Translations under genes and position numbers: made by a program
In this document: one piece after another, positions 1-5,656 of the stretch
Layout: each line of letters opens with the position of its first letter
Numbering within the stretch: the stretch's first letter is position 1
Virus record (IMG/VR): IMGVR_UViG_2636416074_000001
Span: 1 to 39,587 of that record
DNA from: a virus
Length of the DNA: 39,587 nt
Strand: one strand, 5' to 3'
The notes under the pieces: model-generated
The model's input: the letters and a program-made list of their open reading frames with translations, nothing else
The model's database searches: none
Told to the model about the DNA's origin: nothing

Positions 1-51
1 AGCGTCCCAAGTAGGATTCGAACCTACGACCTACAGCTTAGAAGGCTGTTG
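1..51 (-). repeat. attL core: displaced 3' fragment of tRNA-Arg(UCU), not an intact tRNA
   Basis: nt 1-51 are identical to 39537-39587. The reverse complement reads ACAGC-CTTCTAA-GCTGT, AGGTC, GTAGG-TTCGAAT-CCTAC, TTGGGAC-G. The sequence at 52 onward has no D-arm and no GTCCCAA acceptor strand. Confidence 0.85.
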
Positions 52-165
52 GTGCCGTTCCACAAGTTATTTTATTGTATCACAAAATGCTTTCGCATCA
101 ACGTTTGTTGCTTTCAAATTTTATATTTTGTTTTGTGTTTTTCCGTTTTGGTACTGATTTTCACG

Positions 166-196
166 AAAATGGTATCCTGTTGGTATCCTAGATACT
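166..196 (+). promoter_or_regulatory. Putative integrase arm-type binding sites (left arm of attP)
   Basis: AAAATGGTATCCTGTTGGTATC at 166-187, with GGTATCC at 171 and 182 (11-nt phasing), then inverted AGATACT at 190-196. A near-identical block lies at 39443-39487. Confidence 0.5.
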
Positions 197-246
197 ACAT
201 TCTTATTCCAAGTTTCTACTATTATATGTGCATAATAAGATTAAAT

Positions 247-286
247 GAAAAAAGACAGCCTATCCATGTTACCGGACGGGCTGTCT
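247..286 (-). terminator. Intrinsic terminator after the terminal moron
   Basis: Minus strand AGACAGCC (286-279) pairs with GGCTGTCT (260-253), followed by TTTTTT. It starts 6 nt after the stop at 292. Confidence 0.6.
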
Positions 287-291
287 TCTCT

Positions 292-732
292 TTATGCTCT
301 CCATTTGGAGATCTGTTGGTACATCTTCTTATCGCACTCCACATGAAGCACCATATCCTCATCTTCTTCGTGAGGCTGTAAGTACAGAAACGCGCTGGAC
401 GTGTCTTTCTTTCGACCGCCTACAGCAGCACCACCAATCGCACCGAGAGGTCCGAGAACAAGGCCCCCGCCAATAGCTCCGGCAGCTGCTTTCCCTCCAC
501 TACGTTCGGCGTCTTTCTCCCATACGATGTCTTTCAGATCCGCACGAATGTTATCGTTACCTGGAACAAAGATTTTCACCACCCCGTTCTCTTTCTCTTT
601 GAACATGTTGGTCTTATCAAATCCTTGTGGAAACTTCGCATTCAACTTTTCACTACCGGCGATGATGTTCAGTTCGACTTTCGGTTTCATGTGATCTTTC
701 GTACCTTCGACAAACCACTGTTTAAATCCCAT
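292..732 (-). CDS. Hypothetical glycine-zipper membrane protein (prophage moron)
   Basis: ORF track gives 292..768. I trimmed it to the ATG at 732 (AGGAGG at 747-742, 9-nt spacer). The central segment GGKAAAGAIGGGLVLGPLGAIGGAAVGG is flanked by charged residues. Terminators lie on both sides. Confidence 0.7.
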   Translation of the reverse strand: MGFKQWFVEGTKDHMKPKVELNIIAGSEKLNAKFPQGFDKTNMFKEKENGVVKIFVPGNDNIRADLKDIVWEKDAERSGGKAAAGAIGGGLVLGPLGAIGGAAVGGRKKDTSSAFLYLQPHEEDEDMVLHVECDKKMYQQISKWRA

Positions 733-767
733 CCGAATCATCCTCCTTATGGTATGTATACGTTTCA

Positions 768-796
768 TTATAATGGAAGTTTCAAAAAAAGGGAAA
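768..796 (-). promoter_or_regulatory. Candidate promoter of the moron (perfect -10, weak -35)
   Basis: Minus-strand TATAAT at 773-768, about 20 nt upstream of the SD. Only a weak TTCCCT/TTTCCC lies at the -35 position. Confidence 0.3.
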
Positions 797-820
797 TAAC
801 CCCTCTAATGTAAGAGGGGT
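784..820 (-). terminator. Intrinsic terminator after the endolysin
   Basis: Minus strand ACCCCTCT (820-813) pairs with AGAGGGGT (806-799), 6-nt loop, then TATTTCCCTTTTTTT. Confidence 0.7.
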
Positions 821-830
821 AAGTGGTTAC

Positions 831-1571
831 TTAGTCACTACCCTGGATAAGCTCACGATCCAGCCCTACATACAATAGACCGATTGCATCCGATTCGAGA
901 AGCTCTCCCTTTTCAAGTTTCTCTCGATGAACAGAGCTGATGGATGGCTCTCCTTTTTGCTCCAGACGACGAAGGACACGAGCTGTACTGTTCTTGATTG
1001 CTTCATTACTCGGTTTATACATTTTCTGTTTCTCTCCCTTTTTAACTTTTTCAGCAGTACTGACACCTTTGACAGCTGTTGCGCGATTAATGACAGCTTC
1101 GTAATCAAATTCCGGACACGGCTTCCAGCTATACCCCGGGAACTCATCGTGGCCACGAGTGCGTTTATAATTCGGTAGGTCTTTCACGAGACACTTATGC
1201 AGGTCATAGAGCGATTGCTTCTGAGCGTCCGTAGGTTCGGTGTCTCGAAAGTCACCAACTAAGCAGATGCCTAACGCGAAGCTATTGCTGTTGCCTACGT
1301 GATACCCTATAACTCTTGGATGATGACACCACTGGATCGTGCCGTCTTTCTCTATGACGAAGTGATACGCTACTTCTGGCCACCCCTGTCCTTTTGGTTT
1401 AGGGTTTGTATGAAATCGAGCAAACGAAAAAGCATCACCCCCATCTGTAAGAGAATGATGTATCGCAATGTCTGTTTTTGCTGCTGTGCTATTTGTCGGG
1501 TTCCTTCCATCGTGTGGCAAGTCGGGTCTTACATTTTCAAGTTGAGGTAAAGATTCAAAGCTGAATGGCAT
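831..1571 (-). CDS. Endolysin, N-acetylmuramoyl-L-alanine amidase (Amidase_2/PGRP type) with Amidase02_C-like C-terminus
   Basis: Motifs AYHFVIEKDGTI, GYHVGNSN, GHDEFPG..KPCP. TAATG overlap with the holin stop. Confidence 0.9.
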   Translation of the reverse strand: MPFSFESLPQLENVRPDLPHDGRNPTNSTAAKTDIAIHHSLTDGGDAFSFARFHTNPKPKGQGWPEVAYHFVIEKDGTIQWCHHPRVIGYHVGNSNSFALGICLVGDFRDTEPTDAQKQSLYDLHKCLVKDLPNYKRTRGHDEFPGYSWKPCPEFDYEAVINRATAVKGVSTAEKVKKGEKQKMYKPSNEAIKNSTARVLRRLEQKGEPSISSVHREKLEKGELLESDAIGLLYVGLDRELIQGSD

Positions 1572-2029
1572 TATTTACGCCCCTCTTTCTTTCCGTAGCT
1601 GTAATCGTCATCTTTAAAAGCCTCCACTGCTTTCTTGAGTGGTGCTGGTACTGGCATCCCCATCTTCCCGAGATTCTCCGTGATACTGATAAATTCATTC
1701 ACCAGATAATATAAAATCGTCGCGGCCATCACGGACACTTGAAATTCACCAATAGCTAATGGCTCACCAATCTGATCAAGATAAACCTTATCGAAGATAT
1801 GAGCCAGAGCCACTACACCGAAAATCATCACCTTTTTCGGTATCCCCCAGAACCCTACCTCGGCTCGGACATTATTGTTATGCCATGCCGCCATGAGTCC
1901 ACTTACAAAATCGAAGCTGACAAAAAACAAAAGCGCTCCTAGTAGCACGCTCCATTCTCCGAATAAATAACTGATAAAAAACGATGCCCCCATCGTCCCT
2001 GCTTTCGCTGTATTCATCATTACATCCAT
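1571..2029 (-). CDS. Holin (Phage_holin_4_1 / toxin-secretion-lysis holin family)
   Basis: Several hydrophobic helices plus the conserved YYLVNEFISITENLGKMG stretch. Lies immediately upstream of the endolysin. Confidence 0.85.
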   Translation of the reverse strand: MDVMMNTAKAGTMGASFFISYLFGEWSVLLGALLFFVSFDFVSGLMAAWHNNNVRAEVGFWGIPKKVMIFGVVALAHIFDKVYLDQIGEPLAIGEFQVSVMAATILYYLVNEFISITENLGKMGMPVPAPLKKAVEAFKDDDYSYGKKEGRK

Positions 2030-2063
2030 CCTTTGCCCCCTAACTAAGCAATACCTTTTAATA

Positions 2064-2088
2064 GAAAAAGAGGAGCCGCAGCCCCTCT
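2064..2088 (-). terminator. Intrinsic terminator about 35 nt upstream of the holin start
   Basis: Minus strand AGAGGGGC-TGCG-GCTCCTCT (8 bp with one G-U, tetraloop), followed by TTTTTC. Confidence 0.65.
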
Positions 2089-2094
2089 CCTGAA

Positions 2095-2211
2095 TTATTT
2101 CTTTCCTTTTTTATTACCCTTGGCATACTTTCCTTTGTGACCATTACGCTGATTGGCTTGTTTGGTTTTGGACTGTCCCTGTTTACCGATAACTCTCACC
2201 TCCCGAACCAT
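2095..2211 (-). CDS. Tiny Lys/Gly-rich basic peptide (38 aa), hypothetical
   Basis: Own translation: MVREVRVIGKQGQSKTKQANQRNGHKGKYAKGNKKGKK. AGGAGGTG lies 9 nt upstream of the ATG, inside the preceding terminator stem. A terminator follows 7 nt after the stop. Confidence 0.35.
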   Translation of the reverse strand: MVREVRVIGKQGQSKTKQANQRNGHKGKYAKGNKKGKK

Positions 2212-2213
2212 AA

Positions 2214-2241
2214 TAAAAAGCACCTCCTGGGTGGAGATGCT
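2214..2241 (-). terminator. Intrinsic terminator after the 59-aa gene
   Basis: Minus strand AGCATCTCC-ACCCA-GGAGGTGCT (9 bp with one G-U), then TTTTATTA. Begins 1 nt after the stop at 2242. Confidence 0.65.
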
Positions 2242-2421
2242 TTAAACCTCTGTACTTTTTAATATTTTAATATGTTCCGACGGTACTCCTACTTCTGAAC
2301 CTATCGCTTTTTTAGCCATTTGTTCGTCATACTCACCAAGTGTGATTTCTGTTATGCGACTACCCTTGTTAACTTCCGAAAAACTCTCCGTCACTGTGTA
2401 CTTGATTTCAAAATCTTTCAT
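2242..2421 (-). CDS. Small acidic hypothetical protein (59 aa)
   Basis: Own translation: MKDFEIKYTVTESFSEVNKGSRITEITLGEYDEQMAKKAIGSEVGVPSEHIKILKSTEV. Strong SD AAGGAGGAG. Below the ORF-track length cutoff. Confidence 0.6.
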   Translation of the reverse strand: MKDFEIKYTVTESFSEVNKGSRITEITLGEYDEQMAKKAIGSEVGVPSEHIKILKSTEV

Positions 2422-2625
2422 AGTAAAACTCCTCCTTTGTATCCTATAGTAGTAATACGAATATAACAGAGGAGTTTTACGTTTTGTGGGAAATTTCTTT
2501 AAAAAATTTAACTTTCATCTACGACGCATAAGATTCCGTTAGTTTAAATTACCCACAAATACTGATATATCAGCATTTATAGAGGTTTATAGATAGGAGT
2601 GTAGAGTTATGCGTCACAAATATTA

Positions 2626-2653
2626 AAAGAAAAAAGCACCCATAATGAGTGCT
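2626..2653 (-). terminator. Intrinsic terminator after the RHH gene
   Basis: Minus strand AGCACTC-ATTAT-GGGTGCT followed by TTTTTTC, directly after the stop at 2654. Confidence 0.65.
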
Positions 2654-2824
2654 TTAATCCTTCTTGTTTCTCCGGTACTCCTCGATCATCTTCTCTTCCT
2701 CAATGAACTCTTTCATTTTCACGTTCACCCAGGTTGAAACTTTGATACCTTTCTTTCCAGCGTACTTACAAAATTCATCGTACACGCCATCCTCTAAGGT
2801 AATATTGTGTCGACTGGTGCTCAT
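2654..2824 (-). CDS. Ribbon-helix-helix (CopG/Arc-like) DNA-binding protein, 56 aa
   Basis: Own translation: MSTSRHNITLEDGVYDEFCKYAGKKGIKVSTWVNVKMKEFIEEEKMIEEYRRNKKD. It shows a beta-strand then two helices (RHH pattern). SD GGAGGTGG. Confidence 0.6.
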   Translation of the reverse strand: MSTSRHNITLEDGVYDEFCKYAGKKGIKVSTWVNVKMKEFIEEEKMIEEYRRNKKD

Positions 2825-2852
2825 GTAACCACCTCCAAAATAGCATGGTTAC

Positions 2853-2908
2853 ATTGTCCAATAATTACCTATAACTATCAATACACACTAATGTGTATTA
2901 AGACACAT
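2853..2908 (-). promoter_or_regulatory. Candidate promoter (TTGATA-17-GACAAT) plus three ACACA/TGTGT half-sites upstream of the RHH gene
   Basis: Minus -35 at 2881-2876 and -10 at 2858-2853. ATACACA (2881-2887), TGTGTAT (2892-2898) and ACACAT (2903-2908) form two overlapping palindromes. Confidence 0.4.
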
Positions 2909-2922
2909 AAGATTCCTGATGT

Positions 2923-3042
2923 TTAACTACTAAAATACCCACGTTCCGTCAGTTCGGCATCTACGGCTTCTTTACGAGAAGTTGGTACGTTTTCATAAGG
3001 GAACAACCCTGCTTCGATCATGTCTGCATAAATACTCGCCAT
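2923..3042 (-). CDS. Small phage protein (39 aa) in the XkdX position; possibly CD1375/XkdX-like
   Basis: Own translation: MASIYADMIEAGLFPYENVPTSRKEAVDAELTERGYFSS. The ATG lies 1 nt after the upstream stop, with AAAGGAAGTG upstream. Confidence 0.5.
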   Translation of the reverse strand: MASIYADMIEAGLFPYENVPTSRKEAVDAELTERGYFSS

Positions 3043-3043
3043 T

Positions 3044-3400
3044 CTAAGCACTTCCTTTCATTGCTTGTAGTTCCATATCTAATTCGATAAGAGACTGCTT
3101 CAACGATGTAATTTCTTCCTGAGAAAGCATGTCCTGTTCAATTAGTGCCATTTTCACATCTGAGTTTTCTCGTTCCAGTCTTTCGATTCGCTCCTTGTCC
3201 CTTAAAGGACGTTCGACATACTCATAAAAAAGACCGTCTTCTGATGTGTATTTAAGTACAGACTTTTTACCTTCTTTTTGTTCAGGATCAGGTATTGTGT
3301 CAACCTCTATTCCGTCAACTTTTTGGTCATCTTCAAGCATAGACGGCTGGTAGTGTATTCTCACTACTTCGTTTTTAGCATTTAAAAATACTATCGGCAT
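3044..3400 (-). CDS. Tail-fibre-associated protein (XkdW position) with C-terminal coiled coil
   Basis: ORF track. Good SD (GGAGGG). Assigned by position after the fibre genes. Heptad-like C-terminus. Confidence 0.5.
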   Translation of the reverse strand: MPIVFLNAKNEVVRIHYQPSMLEDDQKVDGIEVDTIPDPEQKEGKKSVLKYTSEDGLFYEYVERPLRDKERIERLERENSDVKMALIEQDMLSQEEITSLKQSLIELDMELQAMKGSA

Positions 3401-3411
3401 ATTTATCCCTC

Positions 3412-4479
3412 CTAGTATTGTTCTAGTAAGCCTACTTTTTGCGCTGTATAATAAGAACCTACTGCAATTTCATAGTTGTCGGAAATGTACAGACATTCAG
3501 TATCCGCATCAGACAATCCAACATTTCTCCATACGATGTTTAACTCTTCATCAAGTTTATCTATACCGTTATTGAATCCATTTACATACAAGTACAAAGA
3601 CCCGCTTTCCATTTTACCTTCCATACCGTAAGGGTTTAGACTGCTCATATCTGTTGTTGATATAGTATTACCGTCAGTGTCCTTTTGGATTATGTCATCC
3701 GAGCTTATAAGGCAGTACGAATTACCATTCGCATCAGACGCTACGCCAAAAACACTACTACCAACTACTTCTTCCCAAGCAATCCCTCCATTGCCAGCGT
3801 TGATTTTAGTCAACCTACCGCCATTGTCCCCCAAAAATAGGAGGTCATTAATATCATCATAGTGCATTGAAGTGATCATATCGCTATGACTTAGATTCCT
3901 GAACCAAACGGAACTACTAAAATCTTCATTCCAGCGTTCAATCCGTGTAGAGCTTGACCTGAACGTCGCCACAAACACATCATTAGAAACGGGGTCTTGT
4001 ATAATTTCGGTTACGTCGAGATAACTACTATCTGTATTTTCATTTACACTGGACCCACTCGTTGCATCAATTCTGAATGCACCGCTCTCGCCCCCTACGT
4101 AAAAATAATTGCTAGGGGCGCTTTTGTGTTCCGCCAATGAAGAAAAATCGTCTCCAGCAATCCCGTAAACGTCGTTACTTAACACTGACCAAACTAAGCT
4201 ACCGTTAGGATCATATTTTTGAATGTAAGTACCGTAATCGGTAATAACATAAACATTGCTTAATCCATCGACAATCACATCTTCATGACCGCTGCGCATA
4301 GCATCTTCTTCCCAAACTCTCGTCACATATGATAAAACGTATTGCATAAACTCTTTCCAACTTCCGCTCACGATGCCTTTCGGCATAACGTCTTTTTTCC
4401 ATGTACCATTGACGTTACTCCATGCACTTACAACTTTCCGCCATGTGCCACTAATATTTACCCATGTTTGCTTCGCCAT
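3412..4479 (-). CDS. Putative receptor-binding/tail fibre protein with beta-propeller-like repeats
   Basis: N-terminal repeated SGTW[RK]K motifs, then repeated Gly/Asp/aromatic blades. Lies distal to the baseplate genes. Confidence 0.6.
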   Translation of the reverse strand: MAKQTWVNISGTWRKVVSAWSNVNGTWKKDVMPKGIVSGSWKEFMQYVLSYVTRVWEEDAMRSGHEDVIVDGLSNVYVITDYGTYIQKYDPNGSLVWSVLSNDVYGIAGDDFSSLAEHKSAPSNYFYVGGESGAFRIDATSGSSVNENTDSSYLDVTEIIQDPVSNDVFVATFRSSSTRIERWNEDFSSSVWFRNLSHSDMITSMHYDDINDLLFLGDNGGRLTKINAGNGGIAWEEVVGSSVFGVASDANGNSYCLISSDDIIQKDTDGNTISTTDMSSLNPYGMEGKMESGSLYLYVNGFNNGIDKLDEELNIVWRNVGLSDADTECLYISDNYEIAVGSYYTAQKVGLLEQY

Positions 4480-4487
4480 TACATCAC

Positions 4488-5117
4488 CTACTCATACTGG
4501 AAGTAGATGTCGCCATCACTTCCACCTGTAGGATCTGCGGTTCCAAACGTAATTTTTCTGTGAATATTGGCAGTGCCTGTATGATTATCAAATTCCGTTT
4601 TAGTGGCTTGTTGGTCATCAGTTACATTTCCGAGTCCGACCTGAGATTTCGTCACATTATGAGGGTTCGTTTCATCCGCCTGATGCGTCGTAACTTGATC
4701 TCTGGTTTGCTTTGCATAACTACCCTCAGCAACGGTTCCAGAGGTGGTGCCGAAGTTTTTATTAAAAGCAGTATTCTTTATAAAAGAAGGTTCAGCACCA
4801 ATCTTCGCTGTCGTAATTCCATGAGGGTTAGATGCGTTTATATGAGCGTTCAAATCCTCCTGGTTCACTTCTCCGACTGGCTGATAAGCTGTCCCGTCAT
4901 AATGACGGAGCACAGGATTCGTGCCACTCGTATCAAACCACAAAGGGTCTACGGTCGGATCGGCTGGTTCTGTATCACTAACTGGAATTTCCTTTTGTGC
5001 CTGAGCATCTATTTCATCCCAGTTCTCATTGAGCATCGTTTCTATATTAAATGTGTCTGCACCATCGGTGGCAGGGTCTTTTTTGTATAAACCGAATTTA
5101 TTTGTATTTGTCGCCAT
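4488..5117 (-). CDS. Tail fibre protein (XkdV-like N-terminus, NPH..T..Q.G fibre repeats)
   Basis: FGLYKKDPATDGADTFNIETMLNENWDEID at the N-terminus. Repeated NPHGITTAKIG / NPHNVTKSQVG motifs. Confidence 0.7.
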   Translation of the reverse strand: MATNTNKFGLYKKDPATDGADTFNIETMLNENWDEIDAQAQKEIPVSDTEPADPTVDPLWFDTSGTNPVLRHYDGTAYQPVGEVNQEDLNAHINASNPHGITTAKIGAEPSFIKNTAFNKNFGTTSGTVAEGSYAKQTRDQVTTHQADETNPHNVTKSQVGLGNVTDDQQATKTEFDNHTGTANIHRKITFGTADPTGGSDGDIYFQYE

Positions 5118-5128
5118 TGTTATCCCTC

Positions 5129-5656
5129 CTATCCAAACGGAGCAAAGTTACTTAGGGTCTCCGTCTCCAAATCATTCAGTGTCATAGCTTCAATCTCATC
5201 CACGGTGTAGTACCGGAAGGTGAATTCCATACGCAAGTGAGCCGGCTTCGTATCTTCCAATGCCTGCTCTACGTCATTCATATTCGGTGGTCGTCCAATG
5301 AAAGAGTTGAACGTAATCTCGATGACTCCCGTAAAAGATACGTCACAGTCACCATTGGTATATGAGTCGGCCACGGCTTTTAAGAGATCAGCATCAACCT
5401 GTCCGGATCCACGTGATTTAGAGATAAGCACCGAACGTCGTTCACTGTCCGGTTTACTATCATCTACACTGATGCCGTATTCTTTCTCATATATTTCAAG
5501 CGCCCAGGTCGCTGTACTGAAATCCATCTGATCTCGCAAGTCCTGAACGCTTAATCGCAAGTCATCGATCACCAGCTGCTCACTATCAAATATTTCATTA
5601 ATGATGCCACTCTTCCGTAGATGCGGAGGCAGCATCTCGATCATCGTTTTAGGCAA
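5129..5656 (-). CDS. Baseplate/tail protein XkdU-like (DUF2313, Mu gp48-like)
   Basis: Sequence pattern and position directly after the baseplate J gene. Confidence 0.7.
   Translation of the reverse strand: MPKTMIEMLPPHLRKSGIINEIFDSEQLVIDDLRLSVQDLRDQMDFSTATWALEIYEKEYGISVDDSKPDSERRSVLISKSRGSGQVDADLLKAVADSYTNGDCDVSFTGVIEITFNSFIGRPPNMNDVEQALEDTKPAHLRMEFTFRYYTVDEIEAMTLNDLETETLSNFAPFG

Noticed and set aside
1-75. An intact tRNA at the left end
   Set aside because: Only the 3' half is present. The sequence on the 5' side cannot form a D-arm or pair with the TTGGGAC acceptor strand.
49-381. 110-aa plus-strand ORF across the attL arm region
   Set aside because: No SD. Phe/Cys/Ile-rich low-complexity translation. 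It spans the arm repeats and a minus-strand terminator and runs antisense into the moron gene. It looks like AT-rich noise.
401-694. 97-aa Pro/Ala-rich plus-strand ORF
   Set aside because: It is the mirror image of the Gly/Ala-rich glycine-zipper gene on the minus strand (GGN codons read as NCC). It has no SD.
2065-2247. Hydrophobic plus-strand frame (…LGILSFVTITLIGLFGFGLSLF…) as a possible type I toxin
   Set aside because: No ATG and no SD. It is the complement of the Lys-rich minus-strand ORF (AAA/AAG read as TTT/CTT), which does have an SD, an ATG and a terminator.
2242-2824. RHH protein plus the downstream 59-aa protein as a type II toxin-antitoxin pair
   Set aside because: A terminator and about 230 nt of structured spacer separate the two genes, so they are not an operon. 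The 59-aa protein is acidic and resembles no toxin family I know.
4464-5090. 208-aa plus-strand ORF
   Set aside because: Fully antisense to the well-supported tail fibre gene. No SD, and the composition is odd. It is a shadow ORF.
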